Of a DNA stretch of 64,000 nucleotides, positions 26,310 through 39,482 are shown in pieces (positions within the stretch are counted from its first letter, which is position 1; each line of letters opens with the position of its first letter). The DNA is taken from contig JAHLTZ010000004.1 in the NCBI GenBank assembly GCA_025786725.1, positions 620,001 to 684,000 on the forward strand. Direction: 5' to 3'. Under the pieces are notes generated by a model. The model was not told the origin of the DNA. It worked only from the letters and a program-made list of their open reading frames with translations, and did no database searches. The position numbers and the translations under genes are program-made. The DNA is from Syncephalis fuscata S228. Its lineage: Eukaryota > Fungi > Zoopagomycota.

Positions 26310-27053
26310 GAGAGAAGGTGAAGTATATGACAGGCCAGTCATGCAAAATAATAATATGGATCAGTAATAGTAACAAATGATTTTTTAATAACATTCACGT
26401 AATTGAACTACACATTCAATCTATTGAACATGGGACAAGCGGTGAGTTTTATTTAATCATTACATCATCACACTTATTGCTTTTTGGTGACAAATAACTA
26501 TTTTTAATAACATCCAATCTATTGAACATGATGGTGGGCGGTGAGTGACATCATCATCAATACTCGTCATCATAGATTTACTATCCAGTATGCATATATC
26601 TTCTATCTATCTATATCATTCCTATTCTATTCCATACTACCACATACCATTTTATAGTATATTGACTACATTTGTTTGCTATAAGTTCCAACTACATATA
26701 GTTTGATCACTAAAGATAGAGAAATGAAATGAATTTTATAACCAATAAAGCTAATGTTAAAATAAAACTAGCTATGAATAGCCCATAATCATTGTATTAT
26801 AAATAATATATATTATAATGAATATGAAATAGGAAAAGCACAAATAACGGCAATGAGGCTGCAGTTAATATATTTGTGAATGAACAAACGAAATGAGTCA
26901 AGATTTATTAATAATAAAGCTAAAACAAAAATATAAACAGTTTTGGACGGAGAAAGGCTAGGTGATAATTAAATGATATAGAATAAAATGAATATACAAT
27001 AGGAAGAGTGTAATAAGTGGTGTTGAGGTTATAGTGCATATAACGTAAAGAGG
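26310..27053. mobile_element. Family A element, copy A3 (chimeric arm/core, truncated)
   Basis: 26310-26610 matches the reverse complement of A1 2975-3278; 26615-27053 matches the A1 core in forward orientation. Confidence 0.85.
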
Positions 27054-27061
27054 GGAATGGT

Positions 27062-27286
27062 AGCATTTGCGCTAAGCATTATGTGCTCTAAGCATTTGTG
27101 CGCTAAGCATTATGTGCCAGCATTTGCATGCTAAGCATTATGTGCCAAGCATTTGCTGCTAAGCATTATGTGCCAGCATTTGTCGCTAAGCATTATGTGC
27201 CAGCATTTGTCGCTAAGCATTATGTGAGCATTTGCGCTAAGCATTATGTGCCAGCATTTGCGCTAAGCATTATGTGCCAGCATTTT
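27062..27286. repeat. Minisatellite, ~8 copies of a ~26-bp unit AGCATTTGCGCTAAGCATTATGTGCC
   Basis: Directly visible tandem array; each unit consists of two related 13-mers beginning AGCATT. Confidence 0.9.
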
Positions 27287-27294
27287 GCATTTTT

Positions 27295-28030
27295 AACTAT
27301 ATTCACGTAAATAATTACATATCCGTTTTATTGAACATGAAACTAAATGCTGAATAGTATCAACCATTAAAATATTCATTATCATATATTTATTACTCAG
27401 TACGCATATATTATCACTACAATGCTATGTTATTGCTGTTTACACTGTTTCATTTTAACTTTCTCCTTTATTTGAATACTCATCAACCCGCCGCGTTTCC
27501 ATTTTGCTTGAACGTGTGAATATCATGCATACTCATCATTCTGCCCCCTAGCATCAAAGTCATAGTCGACTCGCATTAACTGATTTGTTTATTAGATAAT
27601 TACACGGTACATATATGCATGGGCAAATTAATAAAATAATTTAAATTTTATTAATAATCAAGCTAGTATTAAACGAACAGTAGTTCCAATCAACGCATTG
27701 ACGTTATATTATAAAATGACATAAAGTAGAATAAATATATGATAGACAAGTATAAAAATGCTATTGAAGCCATAGTGCATATAACGCAATAACTAGAATA
27801 AGTAAATTATACTGAGGTATATAAAAGGTATAATATGTTTAGTATAGAATAGAGTGGTATATAGTGATATAGGATATAATGGAATGATACAAGTGAATAG
27901 AGTATATATGCATGCTAGATAATAAGTTTATAATGATGAGTATTTTGATTATTGAATAAAACTCATCACTTGCCCCCATGTTCAATAGATTGAATGTGCA
28001 GTTTAATTACACAAATACTGCTATATTTAT
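27295..28030. mobile_element. Family A element, diverged copy A4
   Basis: Degenerate arm at ~27300-27410 (TTCACGTAA...TATTGAACATGA) and inverted arm at ~27905-28010 (...CCCCATGTTCAATAGATTGAATGTGCAG). Confidence 0.6.
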
Positions 28031-30004
28031 TCATTTGTTCCCAAATTACATTAAATAGTTAATAAGATGTTATAAAATAGTTTTATAATACATACATAAA
28101 ATATTTTAAGCACATTATGTATGTCGTTTAATTTAATGAATAACATGGCCCACACGCTTTTATACTATAACTAAAAGGAATATCACACAACACATGCTTA
28201 TTAGTATAAATAATACAGCTAAATAAATAAATCACTGATATTGCTGCTAAATAGATAATATATTTGTAGTTGTACTAGCATGCTGACTTATGATTCAAAG
28301 AAGTGGCATTGTGACATTACATTGTCTACAGATGCTATAAAATATAACCAAAATATCTTTATTGTATTAATAAAGATATGGCCATGGCAAAAAGAAAAGT
28401 CTAGAATCCAGTTTACATATACATCTTTACATAAGTAAATAGAGTGAATAGTATCGAGTAGAACGTATAATTTACGTTGGCTCAAGTTTCCAGCAGTGAG
28501 CATATTAGATTGCTGAACAGTTAGTAATATATTGATTCTTACAACCTGTGCATACTATTACAGTATGCATAATCGCAATTTTAGCAGAATCCACTAATGT
28601 ATGTTGTTTCGTATTAGCAAATGTTCAGTAAAATACAGTGGTATTTACCTTTATAATGGTCACTACGTCGTCTTGTTGATAAAGTTAAACAAATACCTAT
28701 AGCATTCAACGTCCACATGCAATCATAGCAAAACAACTGCACCAGGAATGGATTATTTGATGTATGTTGATGGCCTAAACTCTCACCCATCAGTGCTGGT
28801 CTATATGGTCTTCAGCTATCATAATCACGATGCGCTGTGGCTGCTGTTTTGTCATTGCTTATAACACAAGCAATATCAGAAAACTATTCATCCAGGCACA
28901 CACATGACTAGATAACAGAAACGAACAACAATAGCACTGATCGTTTACCCATGTCTAGGTCATCTACATACAATAAGAAATCTAGAATGCAACAATAACT
29001 GCGCAATAGCACATTGGTACAACACTAAACAGCCAACACAGCTACATCACCATTCTAGACAGTTAAAGACATCAGATTAGATGGTACAAACAATGTAACA
29101 TTTTAAACCAAAGTTGTGCCAATAAATGTACTTTAACCGTTAAAAACAATGATGCGCTATGATGGCTGTCAATCATTGCCCACAAGCAAGGAGCGTTGAT
29201 ATACATAATGCCCGCCTGAGCTTATACATACAAACACTGCCACACAACACACAGTGGTCTATATCATATATTAAGTTGTTTCAAACACCGTGCTGTCCAC
29301 CAGTTTACTAGAACCGGTTTGATTACTTCACTTGCTTTAAGCAAAATAACATATGCCAAGTAGTGGCATATTGTATGAGTTTCCAAAAAAAATAGTTTAC
29401 AGTGCACTATATAAATATTTGAGTTTTACTAAATATTACAATCTAACATGCATAGAACATTATAATGCGCCTACTAATCAATTTGAAACTAAATATATAA
29501 TGAGAAATGTAATTAAAATTGCGCATTTCAATGAGTATGTATATTGTATAATCACATGTGTGTTAGTGTAAAAGCAAACATTATCATTCTTTAATGAATC
29601 AAATCCATTAATTACAATAAAAAAATGAAAGAAGCGAAATAGACTAGTTTAAAGAAAAAACGCTATGTGATGACATGTAACATACGTTTCTATTTAGTAA
29701 AAAATTTCATTGCAAAATAGAAACCATCTGTTTAACTGAACATTGCGATGATTCAATAAAATTATATACTAATCAAATGCTTAATTATATATTATTTATT
29801 CTATCAACTTTGCCAACTGCTAAACATCTCTAAATAAGCTTTGTCAAAAACACGTTTATTATTTGCATATAGATGCTAATCAAACTACTTCTAGAAATAA
29901 CTATTTATATTATTGCGTATGCGTGTACAGTACTTTTTTAAATTAGTCGACGTCAGTGTCATTTACGTAACTTTCAATATTGACAATCAGTAACTTAAAA
30001 GTTA

Positions 30005-30370
30005 TTTACACAGTTAAACTACACATTCAATCGATTGAACATAATGGTAGGTGGTGAGTGACATCAATCATCAAATACTCATCATTGTAGCTTTATCAGT
30101 CAGTATGTATATATTCAGTACACATTGATAATTTATTCACCTATATCATTCCCATTCTATTCTATACATTATATTATTTCTATATTTCTATATACTTCAC
30201 TCATTAGCTCATCAGGTTACACGCATTATAGCTTCAACATTACTTATACTCTTTTCATTATATATTGATTTTATTCTATATTATTTTATACTCGCATAAT
30301 CCTCTTTTATCCAAAAACTATTTTTATTTTGTTTTAGCTATATTATTAAAAAAGTTTGTCTAATTTCGCT
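30005..30370. mobile_element. Family A element, diverged partial copy A5
   Basis: ACACATTCAATCGATTGAACATAATGGTAGGTGGTGAGTGACATCAATCATCAAATACTC arm followed by a degenerate core. Confidence 0.7.
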
Positions 30371-31545
30371 CACCTGCTTATTAGGTAATATGTTCAATAG
30401 CTTTAACTTAGTTAATCGTCAGTTCAGTTTGTATATTTAATAGTTAATATTTTTGCTTTTGTCAGTGTAAATCCACAAAGATACTAAGTAAAAAACATTG
30501 TGAGAAATTATAGCTTATCGGCCAACAACAGTGTCAATGGTTTTTGCTATTAATAATATAAACAAGCAGCTGTTGTTAGTGTAGAATATAATAATGATGC
30601 ATCAATAAATTCGTATAGACAATATTGATAATAGTTGTTATGTAATGTGCATTGCCAGTATTTTGATCGCCACCAATAGTAGCACAGCACTGCTATCTAT
30701 TGTGTGATTATATAATAGCATTAACCTTTGATATTATTTTACAATAACATATACACCAACATTTATATGTTGCTACTAGCAATGACCGCTATACAAACGT
30801 AATTAATAATCCAGTGCTCCAAGTAGTTACTAGCGTGTATGACTGTACATCACTCATTATATATACACTGTTTTATCAGTGTATTATATTATAATTGGGC
30901 TGTATTAAGATGCTACTATGTATGTATTTGATATTTTATTATTTAAGTAAGCATATTTTCTTCTTTGCAAATACGAACAAATTACAACACATATTCTTTG
31001 TGATTGTTAATACTATGTACTGATTTTGTCTACATTAAGCTGCTATCCTATGTATATATAAGCGGACACAGGAATATATACTTGACCCTATATATAGCAT
31101 AGCCAGTGCTAATAATATATGAGATCGATAATGTAGCAAGATTTAGATAACGATGTTTCAAACAATGATTTTTAAGCTATTGTGTGGATCACCTATTTAT
31201 TATATGTGGCGCCATGCACACTGGCACCCAAAAAGGTAATTGCCCCGTGCTAAACGCAATAAAACTTCTTTATCAAGGCAGAAGCCATTCCTTGTAGAAT
31301 CGATAGCATGTGGACCAAATAACCATTTGAAACAACGGTTGGCCACTGTTATACAATGCCCGCACATTCCTCCTTCTTCAACCTGGCAATGCTACACTGC
31401 ATCGACAATATCATAATGATATAAAGCCAAAGTATTCGAGAAACAACGGACACCTTAACGATTTGTTCTTTTTTTGTTCCAAGCATCAGTGCCATCGCTA
31501 TTTATTTATCTATTTCAACTGCTATTCAATGCAATTTAGCTAAAC

Positions 31546-32121
31546 ATGCAAGCAACACGCCTTTATACGTCACGGCTCGTTGTACTGCTATTGTTGTCAT
31601 CATGTTTACCCAGCTGCACAGCAAATACACGGACCCATCCAGATCATACGTATGTCATTTATCTTGTAGTTGCAGCTGCACTTGTTCTATTACTATCAAT
31701 TTTCTATTTTTGCATTTCATATCGACGACCACTTGATGCAGACATCGAGCATGGCGAGTCAAAGAAGGCTAAAAACCAACGAACAATCTACCGTCAAATC
31801 AAATCTGTGCCCGACGGTGTTCTTTCAAGATCAGATGGCGGGCGTGGCACAATTGCCATTGATGTTCAATCATCTTGCGACGGCAATAGTCCTTACGAAT
31901 GGACGGGACGTGCACATAGTAACTCACTATTGTCCTGCATCACCACACCAGAATCATTCTATGCACCGCCTATTAAGCAATGCAATGATGCAGCATCGCT
32001 CAGCCTGAGTCAAGTCAGTCCAACAAAATATTTGGGGGATATGCCATTATTTCATACTAAAACAAGCCAAGAAGGTCTTCTTCAAGTGCCACCGCCAATA
32101 AAACAGAAATATAGCTCATAA
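31546..32121 (+). CDS. Orphan signal-peptide + single-TM protein
   Basis: N-terminal hydrophobic LVVLLLLSSCLPSCTA; TM YVIYLVVAAALVLLLSIFYFCI; 191-aa ATG-initiated ORF. Confidence 0.7.
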   Translation: MQATRLYTSRLVVLLLLSSCLPSCTANTRTHPDHTYVIYLVVAAALVLLLSIFYFCISYRRPLDADIEHGESKKAKNQRTIYRQIKSVPDGVLSRSDGGRGTIAIDVQSSCDGNSPYEWTGRAHSNSLLSCITTPESFYAPPIKQCNDAASLSLSQVSPTKYLGDMPLFHTKTSQEGLLQVPPPIKQKYSS

Positions 32122-32917
32122 CCTGCCGGTCAGAGGTATGATACAAAGTATCAGTAATTCATACTGCTATATTATGTCACATTCAACTTGAAAAGTAGTG
32201 TATCACTAAGTTTTGAATCTTTACACAGGCATTTGAAGATTGGCTTCAAAATCACATATCCATTGGTTGTTTTATCAAAACAGTTGTTTTTCAGTAAAAT
32301 AAACATTAAAACAAGATCAGCTTTGATAACAATTATACATTATTATTTACTAATATCTAACTAACTATAATGTAGCAATGTCGGTTAATTAAAAATCACT
32401 ATAAACAAATACTATGTTCATTATCCATTAGTTTTCTAATCTTATTAAACTTTTTCTATCTATAAATTGATTTATTTAAATAAAAACTAATGCACATATT
32501 ATATTGTAGCATCGTCTAATCATTACAAATAAATAAAAGTTCGATACATATGACTGTATCTAATTTATTTATTTAAAGGTAAACGCACACATACATACAC
32601 TAGATCTCATCTAACTTACCGGTTTTGCTAACCGTATTTTAGATCTATCTACATACCAATAAACTAAACAATCCAATTATTGAATACACAAGGTCACCTG
32701 CCCAACTTGGAGTACTACGTAGTCTACGGTTTGCCGTCAGTTGACTATGCTCATTTCAAAATATGCTCCCCCATTGTTGTTAAAATGCGCTGTTGTACAA
32801 ATAGTTCACGCGGACATCGTTCGTCTAAATATATGGTCGCTCCCACATTATCTCCTTAGCCTATACCTTTTGTTGTTGTTTTCACTTTGTCGCATCACAA
32901 TCAGCTATTCTTCTACT

Positions 32918-34119
32918 ATGTTTGGCTACCGTACCTTTGTATTGTTTGGTGATTCTATTACTCAGGTATGTTGGCCAGGCACTATGGCGAACAATTAGCC
33001 TGAATTGAGCCATCGTCTGATCTATTGCTGTTTTTGATGAAATAGCGCGGCAGCGATCCATTCAATGATGGTTGGGTATCAGGCTTACAGCATACGTACA
33101 TTCGACGAGCCGACGTTATTAACCGTGGCTTCTCTGGTTCGTGTGATAATAGCGCATATGCTTTGTTCTGAAATGAGCTGATTTATGTAATCTGTATACT
33201 GGCGTGGTGAATAGGCTACAACACTGAATGGGCGCTTAATGTGTTGGCCATGATACTGCCCAATGCTCGTGCCTCTGCACCCACGATGGGCAATGCATCT
33301 GATGAATTTACAGAGCAATCATCACCATCATCTATGATGATTGGCCGTCCGGCATCAATTGAGCTATTAATCATTTGTTTGGGCGCTAACGATGCAGCAA
33401 TACCGCCCAGTGGCCAGCATGTACCACTCACACGCTATCGAGAGAATCTTAAAATGCTGGTCGATTTGGTACAATCACCAATGTCGCGCTACTATTCACC
33501 AAAAACACGAGTAATGCTTGTATCGCCACCGCCGTTGGACGAGGCTAAGTGGGCCAAGCAATGCAATAGCGATGGTAAGATGCTCGATCGGAAAGCAACT
33601 ACAACACAGAAATACGCCGAAACGTGTGTTAAATTAGCAAACGAATTAAACGTGCCCGTACTGGATCTGCATACCATGCTACTTGAAAAGGCTGGTGGAA
33701 AGCCAGCACCACCACGTAGTCGTGTATCCGCACTATTCTCTGCCTTTAGTAAAAATAACTCACGCCATAAAGAACATGGCAGTCCTTCATCGAGCGATGA
33801 TGGTAGTAGCCATGCCAAAAGTGCAGCCGAAGGATCAAGTGGAACACTAGGTGACTATTTGATCGATGGGCTTCATCTAGGACCGTTGGGCAATCGTGTT
33901 TTATTTGAAGGCGTGGTTGGTGTTATTAAGCGAGCATGGCCTGATTTAGACCCTGCCACACTACCCGAGCTGCTGCCAAACTATTCTAGCCTAGCAGCGA
34001 ATAAAACTGACGCAGTGCGTATGCTCCACGCACATGCTAGTGGCGAAGAAATATCGGCTTTAGCCAAAGGAAAGCAGCGTGCAGAAGAGGATGAATTTGA
34101 AGCCGAACCGTCATTGTAA
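32918..34119 (+). CDS. IAH1: SGNH/GDSL esterase (isoamyl-acetate-hydrolysing esterase Iah1-like); exons 32918-32965, 33046-33136, 33215-34119
   Basis: FGDSITQ, RRADVINRGFSGYNT, LGANDA and DGLH catalytic blocks. Confidence 0.9.
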
Positions 34120-37100
34120 ATGAACGACAACACTACCAGCTACTAGCTTTACGTCCATTTGCGTTACTCGATAGTATATTTGCCTAATACGAATAAATTA
34201 GTTTTATCCCTCAGCATATCATTGTTGCTATCATTAGTATAATTGGTAAGCTATAGACAAAAGCCGTTTATTATGACATATTCTATGGTCCACGGAAACT
34301 TACTTCCGATACACATGAATAAGTTAGGCCAATATCTGACACATTACTACCACAACTATTTGCACGTGGGGAAGGTGCGGGATATAGACGGATGAAATAG
34401 AACCATGAACATTGGTAAGACGAGTTAATGATCTATTAGAAAGGGAAAAGAATGTGAGAAGACAGCATTTGGCACTGAGCAGGGACCTCAATCGTTTTTA
34501 TCGCCAAAAGTGGTCGATACTAATTAGACTGCTAAACACATGCACGATGGAAAAGCTTAGAAGTATCAGTCTATGATGAATGAGAATGGCCTGTTTCTTT
34601 CTTTAAAGGCAACATTGATATGGTTATTATTCGCAATTATTGTCGTTGTTTTAACACGTGTAAATACGGCCAACTCTATCGCCTAAAACAACCACAATCC
34701 ACACACCTCTTAGTGCAGTGTATTTGGAAATACCATAGACCAAAAAACAACAACAACAACATAATTGCCTTGTTCACCTTTATTCGCTTTAGTGGCAAAA
34801 TACGAATCGGCCGGATAAAAGGTAGTACGAATGATGCCATGTGAGGCTGCAGTGCAACAGTAACGAAAAGCGAAAGCTACGGCTATTGTGCGCATTATTA
34901 CTACTGCTACTACCATTTTTGGTCTACTATGGATTTAGGCCAGGCCATGGTCGCGTGAAACGCCGATACTACACTTGAGAACAAGTTTGGTTGCACGATC
35001 GATACTTTTGGTTCTGGTCATTTCCTGCGCGTTTCCTACATATTTCCAATTGGCGTTTCCACTATTGGTCATGCTATAACCACTGGACCGGGTACCTGTC
35101 GTTCGATAGCTGAAACGCTTCGAATGATCAACATGTGTATTCTTTTTACGGCTTATGGCCCGATTTGGAAGTCAATAAACGATAACGGCGTCTTTTCTTT
35201 TATCGCCTACTGCTTCCATCATTCTACCTATCATCGTTCTGTCCATTCCCCATCGTGTCACTATACAACTTGTCTCCGCTTTATTAAAATGATGAACAGT
35301 GGGATATATATAACATGGTCGGAGATCATCCCAGTTTGCAATATAGATGAGCATTCCCATGCCAAATTAACGGTTTGAAGGCCGTCAATTTACAGCATAA
35401 TAGTTAAAGTGTCGCAATGTTTCCTTTTATTACCCCGTCTTTGTAAAAACAGGTCGTCGGATAGTATACAGTGTATGAATGTGGGCAAACAAACTCTATG
35501 ATGTATGAATACACTGTCGGCACGGTACTTTTGACCATTATTATCATCATACATACACGTTGTACAATATGGGCAGTCGCAACAGGCATTAGTAAGACCC
35601 TGCGGTAAATAAGCCATTGACTGACGAGGAAAGGCAGGAAGATAGACAGGCAGGAAGGCAGAAAAGCCGCAGGTAGATAGAAGACAACGATGTATTTTGG
35701 GCGTACACGTTTCAAACTCATACTATTAACAACAGCTAATGGCAATTCACACCGTTACATTTACGAAACACATAATTTAGCACCTTTATTGTTAAAGTCA
35801 CGGAGTAACCTGTAGTATGTGTATTGGCCTTGTGACAACACATTACAAGTATGAAAATAGGCTGCATCCGTATTTCTATTACTGAACAATCGTGTCATTA
35901 CTAATAAAACATTTTATACGACATAGCATTGAAATTGAAATCATGTGGTAGTCCGCATGTTCGATACGAGTTACGAACATCTATACAGTGCCTTGTCCTT
36001 GCATTATTACCGGTTATTGTTTTAGATTTTGTAACAAATAGATAGGAATGACATTTATCCACTACTTGCGAATTAACTACTGCAATTGCTTCTTTGTGTT
36101 TCGGCAATCTATCAAGGTATGTAAATATACCTATCTAAGTAATTAACATTGATATTAGCTTATTTCTCTTTCTAATAAAGTTAAGGTAATGCAATAAAAC
36201 TCATCTTTGTTTCCTATGAGGTTTATCGATAAGGACCAATAGCTCATACACACACAGCAATGAATCTGTGAATAAACGAAACCATTAGAGTGGATCAAAC
36301 TGTCCCCTTTCTTCTTCCTTTTCATCACTTTCTACACACACATATTTTGTTTATTACTCATTGCTCGTCCTTGTGGCTATGATGATCGTCTATAATGCTT
36401 GCATGATCGTTACAAGTCAGATGATTGTCCGACTACATATTCTATAGCTGACATCATTACCGTTATTGCCATTTTTTGCCAAACTATGACCGACAAGTTG
36501 TACACCCTAATCAATCAAAGGCATCGGGTAGTCCAAAGGAAGACGTGCATTGTATCACAGTTAGCGAAACGCATGCTCATATATGCAAACAGGTACAATA
36601 CGTCTTGACTTTGCTTAACGATTCACGCTATACATGCAATGGCTCGTGAACCATGTGTCATAGCCATTGTAATTACTGTCACTATCACAACCGTAGCAAT
36701 AGTAACGGCAATAGTGATGATAATAAATATTAATAGTAACAAATAATAACAGCGTCCTTAATATAACATTAACTGTAAAAAGTAATAATTATAATTTTTA
36801 TTGTAACAATAATAAAACACAATACTATCATGGCTATCGATTGATACTTGACGTGTATCGAGGCGGTGTCCATGCATTGCCACTCTCGGTTCTTTATTCC
36901 TACATCAATGATCGATGTGACTGGCATCAAGCGAACAAGTACTTTGTGGTTATAAAGAAGGTGGAAAGAGAAAGGGACGATCACGCTGTTGGTCATCCAT
37001 TAAAGACTTCCATGATCCTATACTCCTACTACAACAAATACTACAAACACTACAAACACCAAAAAGACAATAACACGTTGATACCTGAATGGCGCCAGAT

Positions 37101-39440
37101 TAGCATCCATGAATTTCCTAAACGAACATGTCGCCTCCCTTTTTGCAAACTACACCAAATCTGTAGTATAGGCTATCTATCCATCTTCTGCCACATGCAT
37201 CGATACCGACAAAAGAGGAAATATGCAATTAAGCATCATTGGCGCTTAGTCGATAGCTAAAGGCAAGGATGTTACTCGTAAGGTTATGGCCCTTTGGACT
37301 GCACGGTAACGGCGACGACAATTGCCGTTATCTCCATTGCTGATATTATCATTATTACGGCAACTATAATGATTATTTTGCTATTAATAAACCAAACAAG
37401 ATTACTTTTATTATCTATGACATTGTATCATGCGTGTTTTATAGCTAATAATAATATTAAAATAGCACTACGCAAAGTACACGCTTACCAACTTGCCGTT
37501 TATTCACCTTCTACTCTTGGCAGTCCCGCCAATCAACTCCGCCGCCCGTTCTTCTGTTTCATCGTTGCGGAATATCTTTTTAAAAATCCATCTCAGACTC
37601 GACATTTTCCCGAATGAGTTTCCTAAATCTACAATTTTGAAGGAAAGTGAGAGCACGGCGTAGTCTGTGTTGCTGTTCCTTTTACGTCCGCTCGCCCGTT
37701 TCCTAATCGTTTCCTGCCCTGCAGCGCACATCGTGGATGACATGCGCCGCTAACCATTGCGGAGTAAGTCTCGCCCTTCCCGTGGATCTTCTCTCTCGCA
37801 CGCTGCGTGCCCTACCATGATAGTGATAATGACTTCTCTTCCTACACGCCTCCTTATTCGCCATACGCGGCAGTCAATTATCCATACTGGATCCTTCGAT
37901 CATCTATGATTTCTGTCTCCGTTGCCTTTCATGGCCCCCTTCTCGGTCGGTCATTGACCGGTTGGTTTTCTCTCGTTTTTAACATCCGGTTGCCATCCTT
38001 TCATCAAATGCGCGTGCGTAAGATCGCCGCTTGTTTCTCTTTTATTACTCGCCAAGGTTGCGCACGGTCATTGTGCCATTTATATATATAAATCACTTTT
38101 TATCGATTCGACCCACCTGCCTATTCACACCGTACTATCGTTTTTCTTACTTTCACTTATCTCTCTCTCTCTCTCTATACCTTTACTACTCACTACACAC
38201 TTGTTCTTCATTAATATAATAGTAGTTTATTATTACTATTATTACAAGAACAACTACAACTACACACTCCTTCTTTCAACGTTGACATACGTACGTTTGT
38301 GTGGTATCATTGCTTAATAGCAACGACTTCTACGCTTCATATTGTTGACGCTGTCAGTATTGTCGTTTTAAAGTCATTGATAGCTACAGTCATATATTAT
38401 TGGATTTAAAAGAAAGGTCATTTATTTAAAAGTGTTTTATTGCTATTACAGCGTCGATAATTGAGACTTATCTCAAAAAACGGTATAGTCACGATTTCCG
38501 GTAACATCGTTGTTCTATTACGCCTTGAACCTGCAGTTCTATTCCACTTGTCGCAGCAAGCATAACCTGTTCACGTAAGTGTTTGTGTATGTGTGCTATT
38601 GAGACGCAAACTTGCCAACAATAGTTGAATTTTTATGATTGGATTATTATTGGATTATTATTGCTACTTTTACTGTTGTAAATGTTGTAGCTGTAACTGT
38701 TGTAGTTACTATGAGCAATTGTGAAAGTCACCGCCCTTGTAATTGTACAGCCAAGCAATGGTGATGTGATAGAAAGGCACAGACACAGATACACAGACAC
38801 AGATACAGACAACACAGAAAAGGACAAACAAACGAACAAGCGGGATTGGTGTAGAGAATGGGCGTGTGGTAGCACAACACCATTACTGCAATACTGCCCG
38901 GTTTATCGGTCGGGGTATTGTTTTTGCGATTCTTTAACAATTCGTTTGCATCATTCTTGTTATTGCGCACCCCTTCTAAGCTTGCTTATTCAATGAATGA
39001 ATGAATGGATAGATACACACAAATGATGATGAAAAGTGTGTTTTTGTTACACGCACGGTTCGCATGACAAGCGTAAATGTAGCCATTTGCAACAATGTTA
39101 AAGAAAGGCTTGCGCCATCCAAAGCTTTTTATTATCCTTTTTAAGATAATATTCAATATTATCATCATAATCTTGGTTTTTCCCTTCCATCCAACAACAT
39201 TAATGGTTTATCTTGCGTGCTTGATAAGGCCAGCACGAGGTGTACGTGCGATGCATATGATAAATTGATACCTGGCGTTTTCATGTGTACACGCACATGA
39301 ATGTACAGTCACGTTCCATTCTCCTTCTTCTCCCCAAAAGTCGTATTGAAACGCACCCTCGCATATCTTGCCTGCATCGACATGCGGCCTATCAGTGCCT
39401 AGATTGACGTGGACCAGCGGACGTGCGTGCGGTCGTGCGC

Positions 39441-39482
39441 GTGTATGTGTATGTATGTGTGTGTATGTGTGTGTGTGTGTGT
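39441..39482. repeat. (GT)n/(GTAT)n microsatellite
   Basis: GTGTATGTGTATGTATGTGTGTGTATGTGTGTGTGTGTGTGT. Confidence 0.85.

Noticed and set aside
26305-26335. AGAGAAGGT resemblance to U6atac snRNA
   Set aside because: Only about 9 nt match, it lies in the repeat end, and the following conserved stem is missing.
27062-27286. Array as CRISPR or as coding ORF 27128..27310
   Set aside because: No unique spacers and a eukaryotic context; the ORF is a by-product of the repeat.
28290-29350. Slightly GC-richer island that might be a pseudogene
   Set aside because: Stops in the frames I read and no recognisable motif; a blastx search would be needed.
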